DNA of 64,000 nt from Octopus vulgaris. Lineage: Eukaryota. The position numbers were made by a program, and so were the translations under genes. Where the stretch lies: positions 160,642,001 to 160,706,000 of the forward strand of contig OX597816.1 of assembly GCA_951406725.2 (NCBI GenBank). The letters are read 5' to 3'. The notes under the pieces are model-generated. The model did no database searches and was not told the DNA's origin. It saw nothing but the letters and a program-made list of their open reading frames with translations. This document shows, piece by piece, positions 14,355 to 29,546 of this stretch; the first letter of the stretch is position 1, and every line of letters begins with the position of its first letter.

Positions 14355-14358
<4 letters not shown>
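13965..14358 (-). mobile_element. SINE family A, near-consensus full copy
   Basis: Complete head, CORE-like box and tail. Confidence 0.92.
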
Positions 14359-14423
<65 letters not shown>

Positions 14424-14540
14424 AAATAAACGTTTACATATATAAATAACATGAAATACACGAAGGGACGAACATAGGAGACAGACGGGTCATTCAAAGC
14501 CTTCGTTCTTCAGTCAGAAACCGATTCCTCATATATATAT

Positions 14541-14586
<46 letters not shown>

Positions 14587-14798
14587 GAGGTAAATGATAG
14601 AGTGAGACAAATAGACAGATATAACAGATAGAGAGAAAGAGATTTCACGATCTAAAAGTTGAGTTATTTCCCGTATCATATATTTAAAAAAAATCATTTA
14701 CCGAAAACCTCTTTGCGACGCAGAATTCGAAAACCAAATCCATTTTTCTCGAGGACGCACTGTTTCAAGACACTCTAATATATTTGTGTGTATGTGTG

Positions 14799-14841
<43 letters not shown>

Positions 14842-15101
14842 TATGCATGTATGTTTGTTTTTATAGAATCCGTCGAGCTATGAAGATCGACGTGCCGTGA
14901 GTGAAGCATTAAATGTGTCATAAATAGTGATTTTTACCCCTTTCGATTATCATTACAGAACGAAATTTGTGTGTTTGTGCGCATGCGCGTGTTACTTTAC
15001 GTATATCGTACAGTCTGTGATTGAATCTAATGATTAAGTAATTTTTATACACATTTTATTTCATGCTAGTCCATAAAATTCTAATAATAATAATAATAAT
15101 G

Positions 15102-15578
<477 letters not shown>

Positions 15579-15587
15579 GTAATAATG

Positions 15588-15891
15588 GCATGCAAGTGTA
15601 TGAAAATATGAATACGTGTCTGGCATGTTGTAAATGAAACAAGATTTATGTATTTCTAGTGCTTACGATGGTACAAATCTCTCTACAGTTTTACATCCGC
15701 ACGCGTCGTGTGTATGTGTGTGTGTGCGCCTAGAAACACTCTATGCAATGTGTCCTTCCTTTATAGGGTGTGATTTGAAAGATTTGACCTGTGTCTGAGT
15801 TCCCTGGTTGTTAGCGAATTCATATAAGTAATTAATACGTTTTATATGTATTTGCAAATAGTGGTAAAGAGGAATAAAATTAAATAAATAA
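15588..15891. repeat. ~310-bp segment duplicated in inverted orientation at ~18995-19313
   Basis: Reverse complement matches 18995-19313 at high identity, with only a CA-repeat length difference and a few substitutions. Confidence 0.9.
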
Positions 15892-16695
15892 CGAAGTATA
15901 AGTGTACAGAAGTTATAGTCATACATTTACATAATAGTATGATAAATTAATATGTTTATGGTGGTGTGTTACGACAAATATTGAGAGATTGCGTGTGATA
16001 TGTGATTTTTTTATTTGGACTCGAAGTGACCGCCACACAAGCATCAAAGAGAATGTATCCTAGAAGTTGAAAGAATTCAGTTGGTTAAGTAATATACATT
16101 TGTAAACATAAACCCAATTAAAATATTTGAATTGAAGTTGGATCTAATAACATCAAATAATTTCATTTGAAGTCTAGTATATTCGATGTTTTTCCCCTTG
16201 AATTTATAGTCGTAAAGAATGAAATCGTATGAAGCAACGGAAACCTAACACGCAATATTTTCAATTGGACTTAAATGTGCTATCTGTGCGCCACAAAGTC
16301 TACAGATGAGCAGACAAACACACATACATATACGCACACTCATATACACACAGATACAGACACACACATATATGCATACATATATGAACATATATCTAAT
16401 ATGTATCGGCGTATGTCTATATGTATGAACAGATATATATATATATATAAGCATCTATATGCATATATATATATATATAGACATATATATATATATCTAT
16501 ACATATATATATATATACACATATATATAAATATATATATACATATACATATGCATATACACATGCATATATATATATACATATATATACATATATATAT
16601 ATATATACATATATATATATGTATATATATATGTGTGTGTCTGTATGTGTGTGTATATATATATATGTATACATATATATATATATCTATCTATC

Positions 16696-16724
<29 letters not shown>

Positions 16725-16726
<2 letters not shown>

Positions 16727-16900
16727 GGAAAGTTTACGAAAATAAACAAAAGACGAAGGCAGGTAATGTACAAAACAAACAGATGTATTAGTATAGCGCT
16801 CGGGAAAAGAAAATGTCTTTTACGTTTCGAGCCTACGCTCTTCTACAGAAAGGTACACAGAAAAAAAAAGAAAAAAAGGAGAGAAAAAAGAGAGAAAAAA
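16725..16900 (-). mobile_element. Copy of the hammerhead-like short repeat (motif 16817-16852)
   Basis: Minus strand reads CUUU CUGUAGAA GAGC GUAG GCUC GAAA CG UA AAAG; tail ends at (TA)n. Confidence 0.65.
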
Positions 16901-16965
16901 AAGAGAGAAACAAGGAGAGAGAATATATATATATAATTTAGATAGATTTAAAATCCAACCTATGT

Positions 16966-17084
16966 TCTCTTGAAGACCATCTCCTTACTGCTGTATTCTC
17001 TTGAAGTCCATCTGCTTATTCTTGTATTCTCTTGAAGACCATCTGCTTATTCCTGTATTCTCTTGAAGACCATCTGCTTATTCC
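16966..17084. repeat. 31-bp minisatellite, ~3.8 copies
   Basis: Unit TCTCTTGAAGACCATCTGCTTATTCCTGTAT. Confidence 0.9.
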
Positions 17085-17152
17085 AAATCCGTATGTAGAT
17101 GTTATATTTGGGTGAAGTATGCATAGGAGCTGAAAATGCGGAGTATTGATAC

Positions 17153-17454
17153 AAAATCAGGATTTTCGAACATCTTTGGTACTATTATTCACCTTTACAC
17201 GTCTTTCATTTGATAATAGGAGTTATAATATTGTACATGTAGTAGAAAACATATCTCTTATTAAAAATTCTTCAGTCAGAGAATCAAGTATTATTATGAT
17301 GATCAATATTATTTGATTGTCTGTCTGAAGAATTCAGAATGCGAGATATCCTACATGTATTCTACTACACGTACAATTTTTAAACTCCTATTAGCAAATG
17401 AAAGACATGTAATGGTGGATAAATAATACCAAAAATTTTCGAATTTCCTGTTTT
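17153..17454. repeat. Imperfect fold-back inverted repeat (~145-bp arms) with degenerate hammerheads on both arms
   Basis: Arms are reverse complements around ~17300. On +, CUGU CUGAAGA AUU...AAU GAAA GACAUG UA AUGG (17321-17415). Confidence 0.75.
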
Positions 17455-17479
17455 CAGATATACTTTTATTCTTTTATTC

Positions 17480-17677
17480 TTTAACTTGTTTTAGTCATTT
17501 GATTGCGGCCATGTCGGAGCACCGCCTTGAAAGGTTTAAGTCGAAGAAGTCGACCCCGAGACTCTTTCAAATATAGTACTTATTTTAACGGTATTTTTTG
17601 CCGAACGGTTAAGTAACGGGGACGCAAACACACCGACACCGTTTGTCAAGCGGTGATGCCGGTACACAGGCACAACG

Positions 17678-17740
<63 letters not shown>

Positions 17741-17903
17741 ATATATGACGGACTTCTTTCAGTTTCAGTTTACCAAATCCACTTACAAGGCTTTGGTCGC
17801 CTCGAGGTTATACTAGAAGACACTTGGCCAAGGTGCCACACGGTGGGATTGAACTGGAAATCATGTGGCTGGGAAGCAAGCTTCTTACCACACAGCCTCG
17901 CCT
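17480..17903 (-). mobile_element. SINE family A
   Basis: Homology to consensus, internal (CA)n. Confidence 0.9.
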
Positions 17904-17905
17904 CT

Positions 17906-18137
<232 letters not shown>

Positions 18138-18423
18138 TATACATACACATTAATATACATATATATTTTTTAAATGTCCTTTGAAAACAATGTGCACTGG
18201 ATGTCAATTAAGTGCTCTGATATGAGATATGTCTAAAACCTTAAAAAGATATTTAGAGATTCAATGAGACCGATTATATATTAAAGAGTAAAAATTTGGA
18301 AAAGTTATATCTTAAAAAGCACAGTAGAGATAAGTACATTATATAAGCGATATTGTATTAATAAATAAATAGATAAAGTACAGTTATAATCATTAAAAAC
18401 ATTTTTTTTAAATGTTTCAAAAT

Positions 18424-18512
18424 TCTTACGATCGTTTCATGAATATACTTCCTCTCAAAATGAAATCTAAAGTTGATAAACAACGTTGGGAAGTATATCC
18501 ACTCATCAGAGA
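18424..18512 (-). ncRNA. Minimal type-I hammerhead ribozyme (canonical core)
   Basis: UCU CUGAUGA GUGGAUAUACUUCC...GGAAGUAUAUUCAU GAAA CGAUCG UA AGA; 14-bp stem II, palindromic stem III. Confidence 0.85.
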
Positions 18513-18694
18513 TAGGATGAATTTCAGTGGAGGAAATCGAATGAGGGAAATGCTATTTAAAATCGAATGACAAAAATGTTGCTTAAAAATTATTGGTATA
18601 AATCTGTGTTGGTATAAATTTTTAAGCAACATCTTTCTCATTCGATTTTAAATTGCATTTCCCTCATTCGATTTCCTCCACTGAAATTCATCCT

Positions 18695-18785
18695 TTCTTT
18701 GATGAATGCATATACTTTCCAACGATGCTTATCAACTTTAGATTTCAGTTTGAGAGGTAGTACATTCATGAAACGATCGTAAGAA
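18695..18785 (+). ncRNA. Type-I hammerhead, C3U variant (mirror copy)
   Basis: UUCU UUGAUGA AUG...CAU GAAA CGAUCG UA AGAA. Confidence 0.7.
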
Positions 18786-19359
18786 CTTTTAAACATTTAA
18801 AAAATATTTTTAATGATTATAGCCTTACTTTATTTATTTATTAATGCAATATTATTTATATAATTCACTTATGTCTGCTGTGCTTTTTAAGATATAACTT
18901 TTCCAACTTTTTACTCTGTAATATATAATCAATCGGTCTCATTGAATCTCTAAATATCTTTTTAAGATTTTAGACATATCTCATATCAGAGCACTTATTT
19001 ATTTAATTTTATTCCTCTTTACCACTATTTGCAAATACATATAAAACGTATTAATTACTTATATGAATTCGCTAAGAACTAGGGAACTCAGACACAGGTC
19101 AAATTTTTCAAATCACACCCTATAAAGGAAGGACACATTGCATAGAGTGTTTCTAGGCACACACGCACACACACATACACATACACATACACACGAGGCG
19201 CGCGGATGTAAAACTGTAGAGAGATTTGTACCATCGTAAGCACTAGAAATACATACATCTTATTTCATTTACAACATGCCAGACACGTATTCATATTTTC
19301 ATACACTTGCATGTCAGTACACATTGGTTTCAAAGGACATAGTTAGTTAACTATATATA

Positions 19360-19530
19360 AGCGTAGGAGTGGCTGTGTGGTGAGTAGCTTACTTACGAAC
19401 CAAATAGTTCCAGGTTCAGTCCTACTGCGTGGCACCTTCAGCAAATGTCTTCTACTATAGCCTCGGGCCGACCAAAGCCTTGTGAGTGGATTTGGTAGAC
19501 GGAAACTGAAAGAAGCCTGTCGTATATATG

Positions 19531-19613
<83 letters not shown>

Positions 19614-19828
19614 ATGTGTGTGTATGTTTGTGTGTCTGTGTTTGTCCCTCAGCATCGCTTGACAACCGATGCTGGTGTGTTTACATCTCCGTAACTTAGC
19701 GGTTCGGCAAAAGAGACCGATAGAATAAGTACTAGGCTTACAAAGGATATGGTGTCGATTTGTTCGACTAAATGCGGTGTTCCAGCATGGCCAGAGTCAA
19801 ATGACTGAAACAAGTGAAAGAGTAAAAT
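19360..19828 (+). mobile_element. SINE family A
   Basis: Full head-to-tail homology on +. Confidence 0.9.
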
Positions 19829-19902
19829 AGTGTAAAGATATATATATATATATATATATATATACATGACAAAGGGACAAGAAATTATGTAATGAATTTC
19901 AT

Positions 19903-19977
19903 AAACTTACGCCTGTTTTTGCTATAAGATGCAATACTCTTATAGTTGAGTGGTTATGAATAGCTTCGTCAGAGCTT
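19903..19977 (-). ncRNA. Degenerate type-I hammerhead (G12A)
   Basis: AAGCU CUGACGA A-GCUAU...AUAGC-A AAAA C-AGGC-G UA AGUUU. Confidence 0.55.
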
Positions 19978-20634
19978 CAAAAATGAAATGGAATTTTATT
20001 TGGGGAAACATTTATATAAATGAAAAATTTTACCAAAATGTAAGATCGAACTTGAAGGGAAGATCAAAAGGGGAACTTTAACTTAGACACTAAGTGCAGA
20101 TTTATTAGCCCTACTATGAGGAAACTTAGGTAAGGGAAAGTGTATTATTACATCGTATATAGCATTAACAACAAAATTTGGAAAAATGCTATATCACAGC
20201 AATGGAAATAATAGTTGACTGGTTTAGTAACACTAGAAATAAGTAGAAATCAGTCGTAAATTATAGCAGTAATATCAGTTCGTCGATTTTAACCATCCAT
20301 TTTACCCGTCTCCGATCATCAGTCACTTGAATTTTAGAAAATATATTGCATTCAAGGTGTCGAAAATATGGAGATTATTATGCAATCTAGGAAATCTCTG
20401 CTAATCTAAAAGGGATGTAAATATAAATCAAAGGCATGAATGATCTTTTTGAAGTTAGCATGGTATCCTTGGATAGCACGGAAATTTGTGAGCATGTCGG
20501 ATTAAGACGCTGAGCATAAACAAAGCAAGGTTTCGTGTGGTTGCCATCAGTCAATTGCATGACATCTTTCGATGTCATGCGTTACCTCATATATCTTGAG
20601 AAAATAATTTGATTTATACACGCATATGTATATA

Positions 20635-20692
<58 letters not shown>

Positions 20693-20884
20693 TTTGAAGC
20701 TGTCACAACTGCAGGTTGCTCGCTCGAATCACGAGAAAATATATGAATAAAACCATGAATTTATATTGGGTATGCAATGCACAACACGCACACGCACACA
20801 CTCACACACACAAACAAAAATGTTTATATATACATTTGCGTGTGTTTGTGAAGGTGCGTTCACGGGGGTATCGTGTGTGCGTGC

Positions 20885-21740
<856 letters not shown>

Positions 21741-22255
21741 ATATATATGTATGTGCGCCCGTATTGTATTCTCTATATTGCATAGGTGTGTGTGTGTGTG
21801 TGTGTGTACGTACGTGAGTGATGAGGAATACTGTCAGGGAATTTTATACATAATACTGTTCAATATCGTCTATGTATTTGGTACTGAACTATGGAACGAA
21901 ATCGATGTCAATTCGTTTGGCAAAGACAAATATAATTATTTAAATTCATGTGGTGTACATACATCCCTACATCCATTCATTCATCCATCCAAACATGCAT
22001 ACTTACATACATATATACATACATACGCACACACACATACATATATACACACATACACAAACACACACATATTTATGTATGTGTGTGTATACATATATAC
22101 ATATATATATATATATATTCACATCCAAAATGGAAACACGTAACAACGTTCGCACGTGGTAGGCTTGACAATTGTTGAGAAGTTTCTCTTTACATGAAAC
22201 TCTTGTTAACTCGCAAATTATATATGCGTGTGTGTGCGTGTGTGTATGTATGTGT

Positions 22256-22317
<62 letters not shown>

Positions 22318-23153
22318 CAGTCATACAAGCATATAGACAAATATTAGAGTTCACAGCCTAGTGGGATATTCAAAAACTTTGAGCGCTGGAAGTTTAATTT
22401 CAACTGCAGGCTTTGTCGTGCAGTAACAGAATGACATTCTACAAAGATTGCGCCCATTATTTTTACCTGAATGGGACGCCAATCTGTTGTATGTTTCTTC
22501 ATGTACAGCTGAGTGAGCTCGATCGTTGTGAGATTAAGTGTTCTGCTCAAGAATACAACTCAGCGCCTGGTCTTGGAATCGAATGAACGATCTTGCCATC
22601 GTAAGTACAACACCCTAACCATTAGGCCACACATTTTCCACATCTTTTCGGAGTAAGAAAATGCAGAACCACAGAGCGGTATCTTGATGGAATTGTTGGT
22701 ATTGGGCGATGTACGTTCTGATATTGTTCCGGCTCACTCCAGCTCTGAGTTCAAATTCAGCCGGAGTCAACTCTGCCTTTCGTCGTTTCAGAGTCGATTA
22801 AATACGGAATCACACAGTGGCGGACGGACTGAGAGAATTGTTAGAATGTTGGACATAATACTTTTGGTATTGTTCCGGTACATTACATTGTGACTTCAAA
22901 TCTAACCGGTGTCAGCTCTGCTTTTCCTAACTTCGGGGTTGATAGAATACATTTTTGAGTGATGGACTGTTGAAATTGCTAGAGATATTTTTCTGGTTTT
23001 GTTCTGACTCACTACGCTCTGATTTCAAATATTGCCGTGGTCAACGTTGCCCCTTTACCTTTTCCTTTTTGGTAAAGAGATAAAGACATACTAGAGGAGA
23101 TACCTGGTGATGTTTTGTTCCAGTCCTTTGTGTTCTGATTTTCAGGATGGGAG

Positions 23154-23187
<34 letters not shown>

Positions 23188-23273
23188 GTGTGTTTGAGTG
23201 GGAGACGTGAAAAAGAAAGATGGATTATGTATCCTGCACGGTATTGAGAATGTTTGTGGAAGTGTGATTACAC

Positions 23274-23309
<36 letters not shown>

Positions 23310-23601
23310 TATATATATATTCTGTACTTGGAATGACCAATTTTAAATACCGTTAGATTTTACTCATAAGGTATTGGAATCTTACATTGTGTATAAACTC
23401 TATATTTGGAATGAACAATTTTAAATGCTGTTGGATTTTTCTCATAAGGTATTAGAATCTTACATATATACCATTCTGCTTAAAAAATGGTTTTACAAAT
23501 TCAATATCCCTACATATCTCACATCTATTTTCTTTCCTCCACCTCACTCTCTATTTTGCATCCCATCTAAATTAATTATTACTTAACCATCCTCTCACAC
23601 C

Positions 23602-23652
23602 GTCTCCGATGAAGGGATATAATTAATAAAATCCTGGAAACAGCTGTAAGAC
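23602..23652 (+). ncRNA. Minimal type-I hammerhead (U4C) in a pLTR-like segment ending at (TATC)n
   Basis: GUCU CCGAUGA AGGGAU...AUCCUG GAAA CAGCUG UA AGAC; palindromic stem III. Confidence 0.7.
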
Positions 23653-23714
23653 CTTCTATCTATGTTCTAATATCTACACAGCCTTGGTCTTTATCTCATT
23701 ACGCAAAAATTTCT

Positions 23715-23715
<1 letters not shown>

Positions 23716-23802
<87 letters not shown>

Positions 23803-23816
23803 GCTAGCTAGCTAGC

Positions 23817-23897
<81 letters not shown>

Positions 23898-23898
23898 A

Positions 23899-23971
<73 letters not shown>

Positions 23972-23978
23972 CTATCTT

Positions 23979-24045
<67 letters not shown>

Positions 24046-24095
24046 CTATATCTATTTATCTATCTATCTATCTATCAATCTATATCTATCTATTT
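23716..24095. repeat. (TATC)n microsatellite
   Basis: Seen directly. Confidence 0.98.
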
Positions 24096-24102
24096 TATAT
24101 AT

Positions 24103-24152
<50 letters not shown>

Positions 24153-25090
24153 ACTACACATTTCTCGCATAAATACACACATACCTTCATACATTCATAA
24201 ACACACACATGTATGTAACTGTATGCATGTTTGTGTGTAGATGTGTGTATGATCTCGTGTGAGAGTATGTTTGCGCGCGAACGTGTGTGTCCTCACACTA
24301 TGTAAAGTGCACACTCCATTCATTGTGAGTAAAAAGAAAATAATGAATAATAAAATATAGAAGAAATTCTTTGCGAACAACTCGACAGTGATGTCTCTGT
24401 GAAGTGCTGACGCCTATGAAAATATTTATAATCCAAACTGCACTATTGACGTCGATGTTTATAGGTAGACGGAAGTAGGGGAGTCGGTAAATGCCCTGAA
24501 ACTGTTTATGTTTTTAATTCCTTACGTCAGTCTGGAGTAGTAGATGACTGTGAGAGGACGTGGTTCGTATTACGATGTCAGTACTGCGTTGTGTCCCATG
24601 GCAAACATACTTTGCTCTCAACAACCCACTCCTCTTTGCAGCGTTTATGTATCATAAAATATATCGAGAATTAGCTAGTGGAATCTTCTGCCATAAGTGC
24701 ATACTGTTCGAGCAAGCCTATAATAAGAGTCCAGCTGTGAGAATCCCAAACATACTCAATTCTCAACAATCCAGTCCTCTTAGATGCGTGTATATTCAGG
24801 AGGATACTTTAAAAATTTGGTTCGTAGATGTTTTTTTATCCCTCAAGTGCAACCTGGTCGTGTAAATTAGTAAATATGTATAGATGCTGAGAAATAGGAT
24901 TGCCAAGAGAGGAAATAACGGATTCTAGGAGATGGCGCCCCTGAGTAATTTATTCTCTTAGAGACTGTCACTGTAGCTGTTGTTGCTGTTTAGCCCTATA
25001 CCGAAGCTGATCGAAAAGATCTTTGATCAAAAGAGTTCCAACCATGCCCATCTCACTTTTTTCAGGTATCTAAAACTACATTATCCAACG

Positions 25091-25247
25091 TAGTAGTAGT
25101 AGTAGTAGTAGTAGTAGTTGTTGTTGTTGTTGTTGTTATCGTTGTCGTTATTGTTTCGGTGGTGGTGGTGGTGGTGGTGGTGGTGGTAGTTGTGGCGGTG
25201 GCAATAACAGTAATGATGGTGGCGCGGTTTAAGTAGTAGTAGTAGTT

Positions 25248-25291
<44 letters not shown>

Positions 25292-25517
25292 TGTTGCTGT
25301 TGTTGTTGTTGTTGTTGTATCGTTGTTATTGTTTCGGTGGTGGTAGTTGTGGCGGTGGCAATAACAGTAATGATGTGGCGTGTTAGTAGTAGTTGTTGTT
25401 GTTGTTGTTGTTGTTATCGTTGTCGTTATTGTTTCGGTGGTGGTGGTGGTGGTGGTGGTAGTTGTGGCGGTGGCAATAACAGTAATGATGGTGGCGGTTT
25501 AAGTAGTAGTAGTAGTT

Positions 25518-25576
<59 letters not shown>

Positions 25577-25671
25577 TGTTGTTGTTGTTGTTGTTGTTGT
25601 TGTTATCGTTGTTATTGTTTCGGTGGTGGTAGTTGTGGCGGTGGCAATAACAGTAATGATGGTGGCGGTGT

Positions 25672-25739
<68 letters not shown>

Positions 25740-25757
25740 TCAGCAGTAGCAGTAGTA
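25091..25757. repeat. Higher-order repeat of mixed (GTA)/(GTT)/(GGT) triplets, 4 units
   Basis: Recurrent spacer ...TATTGTTTCGGTGGT...AGTTGTGGCGGTGGCAATAACAGTAATGATG... between triplet runs. Confidence 0.9.
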
Positions 25758-26002
25758 GAAAGAAACGGTAGCGTTGCTATGCTAAATATGACAATTCCAA
25801 TAAGGAATCATTTTCCAATCTAAAAATAGCAATCGTCTATTTCTCTCAAAACAAAAAAATAATATAAAAACAAACAAAAGTCATCCTTTTTTTTTGTTTG
25901 TTTGTTTAATCAATACATTTGTCTCTAAACCATTTCTGTACATTGAAACTAATTCTTCCTTAAATTAACTTCATTTTATCACAAATATATATAGTACTGT
26001 TA

Positions 26003-27343
26003 CGTATGTATGTATGTATGTATGTATGTATGTATGTATGTATGTATGTATGTATGTATGTATGTATGTATGTACGTACTTATGTATGTATATATGTATG
26101 TATGTGTGTGTGTATATATATGTATGTGTGTATGTATATATGTATGTATATGTGTGTGTGTGTGTGGGTATGTATGTATGTGTGTATGTATGTATGTATG
26201 AATACATGCATGTATGAATGTGTGTATGTATGAATATATGTATCTATGTATGTATGTGTGTATATATGTGTCTATGTATGAATGTGTGTATATATGTAGG
26301 AATGTATGTATGAATGTATGGATGGATGTATGTATGTGTGTATGTATGAATGTATGTATGTATGAATGCATGCATGCGTGTATGTATGTGTGTATGTATG
26401 TGCGCATGTATGTATGAATGTATGTATGTATGTATGTATGTATGTACGTGTAATTGTATAGATACATGTACGTTTGTATCTATGTATGTATGCACGTGTG
26501 CATGAATGTATGTATTTATATATACATGCATGTATGTTATCTATATATGAATGTATATTTGTGTGCATGAATGAATATACATGCGTGTGTGTGTGCATGT
26601 GTGTGTGTGTGTATGTGTGTGCGTGTGCATGTTTCCATGGATGTTTGAAGTGTGTTCGTATTTATGCATGCATGTATAGTGTATGCACTGTCGTGGGCGT
26701 CACGGATGTATTTGTATGTATGTAGATGTATTTAGCTATTGATGTAGGTTTGAATGTAGGTGTTCATGTATACATACACGTGTGTGTGCAACAATGCGTT
26801 TGTATAAGAGCGTCTGAGTGTACATGTGCGTGAGAATATATGTATTTATATGTGTATATATATATGCTTGGGTTTATGTATGTGTATATGTTTTATCTAT
26901 GAATGAATGTATACATGCTGGTGTATTTGAGTGTTCGCTTTTGTTTTTTTCTTTAACTTTTCGAATTCTTCCTATTCAGAAAGCTGGTTTCTGACAAAGA
27001 AACAAAACTCTCTCGCTGTAAATTAGATGTAATTTAGATGTACGTTTGTATGTATGTGTGTATGTATGTATGTATGTATGTATGTATGTATGTATGTATG
27101 TATGTATGTATGTATGTATGTATGTATGTATGTATGTATGTATGTATGTATGTATGTATGTATGTATGTATGTATGTATGAATGTATGTATGTATGTATG
27201 TATGTATGTATGTATGTATGTATGTATGTATTTATGTATTTATGTATGTATGTATGTATGTATGTATGTACGTATGTATGTATGTATGTATGTATGTATG
27301 TATGTATGTATGTATGTATGTATGTATGTATGTATGTATGTAC

Positions 27344-27375
<32 letters not shown>

Positions 27376-27410
27376 GCATGTATGTATGTATGTATGTATG
27401 TATGTATTCG
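26003..27410. repeat. (TATG)n microsatellite region, pure and degenerate
   Basis: Seen directly; source of the MYVC/HTYI ORFs. Confidence 0.95.
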
Positions 27411-27503
27411 TGTGTGTATACATACACATACTTATCTAGTACGAAAGTGAATGCGTGTATAGATGCATACATCTGTATTTAAGTATGCTTGTACGCATGT
27501 CTA

Positions 27504-27537
<34 letters not shown>

Positions 27538-28149
27538 AAGTATTTATACATACATATATATATATATATGTGTATATGTATTATGTATACATACTTATAT
27601 GTATGTATGCACATATATATATATATATATACACATACATGTACATAAATGTACTCACAACACATATAATAGTTTATTTTAGGATTTTCTCACCAATTAA
27701 AAATAAACTAGATTCTCACCCCAAAACAAGGCTCTTTCATTGGAATAGAGGCAACAACCACAACAACAAGGCCGTAATATATCTAAGAATGTATGAACGT
27801 ATTTATGTACGTATGTTTTGTAAAGTGCATTTTCTCTAAGCTGATTCTGAAAGAGTTTGCTTTATAATTAAATCATTAAGTCTCTAATAATTAAAGGTAC
27901 AAATTTAAACTTCAATCGCTCTAGTATATCACCTGCAGGTTTCTCCTTTGTTTGGGATAGATATTTTCTTTTCTGATAATTATCTTAAAGTTTTCGAATC
28001 AATTGATTTTTTTTTACTGCTTTGTAACTTTGTCCTAGTCCCAGATTACTATGTCTGGTCCGTTAAGCCAGTTTAATTTTTAATTTTTTTTTTTTTACTG
28101 AGTTAGTTACGGTGATTGTCAAGATATGAAAGAAATGTACTTCCAAGAT

Positions 28150-28560
28150 CACTGCAATTTCATTTCTTTCGATCTTCAAGACTATTTTTCTCAATGAATT
28201 GGTCTGAAAGAGAATTCCTATTTCATAGATATATCGTATGCTGTTGACATCTTTGGACAGCTGCTTATGACGTGGATCAACTTTTCAGTGTTTATTCCGC
28301 AGGATTCCCATTGGCTATCATTTCTATATTCACTTTGTACGTTAGTTTTTTTTTCTTATTATTTCCTATTCTAAGAAAGATTAGCCTGATTATGTATGCC
28401 ACCGTGACAGCATTACCATACATAACTTCTTGCAAATAAGCAGGAGGAATTACGTGTGCTGTGCTGTTGGGGTAGAGGTGTGCAGTTTCCGTGAGTGTGT
28501 ATCCTTTGTCATCAGCCAGAGAATAATTTTCGGGAGACAAGCACCTTTCCAACTCTTACG
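28150..28560 (-). pseudogene. Old RLE non-LTR retrotransposon fragment (zinc-knuckle region)
   Basis: Minus-strand translation CGINTEKLIHVISSCPKMST resembles the knuckle region HVISS..KMSS of the 54.3-54.7 kb fragment. Confidence 0.5.
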
Positions 28561-29044
28561 AAGCTTAGTTTCATGTATGGAGGGTTGATGCGTAACCGTA
28601 CTTCACAATATTGTTGTTATTACATATGATGTGACAGCATTCATACATGTACATACATGGCTATGTATGTACATGAGCAGGCGAGCGAGAGGTACTCACC
28701 TTCTGAAGAGTAGACAACTAGCTATGAAACGTTTTATTATAATCTTTTTAATCTATCTATGTACAGAAAGTAAAACTATATGAGTTTATATTAGCTTTCA
28801 TTCCACTTGTATAGGGTTTATAAAATTACAATTTCACTACATTCAATTTATCTTACGATCATATTTATTTGTATCGTGCTTATTATAATCAAGAGCATAT
28901 ATAAGCGCAAACTATATGCAATCATATGCACTCATACGCAATCATATGCATATTTTTCTTTCAAATACATAACCTGATAATTCACACACACACACACACA
29001 CATACGTATGTGTTTGTCAATGTGTGTGTGTCTCTCTCTCTCTC

Positions 29045-29103
<59 letters not shown>

Positions 29104-29139
29104 CATGTATATATATACATATATATATATATAGGCACA

Positions 29140-29486
29140 CAGTATGTGTGTAAGTCATTGTAACCAACCACATGGTTTTATTTCAAGATTCCACTGCGTG
29201 GCATCTTGGGCAAGTGTCTTCTCTAAGCCCCTAGATTCAAAGCTCCTGAGTGGATTTGGCAGACGGAAACTGAAAGAAGCCTGTCGTATATATGTATGTA
29301 TATATATGTGTGTGTGCAGATTTGTGTTTGTTAGCATTGCTTGACAACCGATGCTGGTGTGTTTACGTCCCCGTCACTAGGTATGCGGCATAAAAGAGAC
29401 CGATAGAATAAGTACTAAAAAGGCGGTGCTCCAGCATGGCCGCAGTCAAATGACTGAAACAAGTAAAAGAGTAAAAGAGTAAAAGA

Positions 29487-29488
<2 letters not shown>
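29140..29488 (+). mobile_element. SINE family A (diverged)
   Basis: Homology to consensus. Confidence 0.85.

Positions 29489-29546
<58 letters not shown>

Larger units (their letters stand above)
18209..18997. repeat. Long fold-back inverted repeat (~380-bp arms, ~25-bp spacer), Penelope-like pLTR pair
   Basis: 18209-18591 is the reverse complement of 18617-18997; each arm contains a hammerhead and AATAAA/AT-rich 3' sequence. Confidence 0.92.

Noticed and set aside
14461-14520. Minus-strand CUGAAGA followed by an ACGAAGG/CCUUCGU stem
   Set aside because: No GAAA or stem III/I follows, so it is not a supportable hammerhead.
24560-24865. 101-aa non-repetitive ORF
   Set aside because: GTG start, no recognisable motif or splice context; the length is within chance expectation.
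28703-28735. CUGAAGA-GUAG..CUAU-GAAAC hammerhead half
   Set aside because: Stems III and I are absent; at most a truncated relic, so not listed as a feature.
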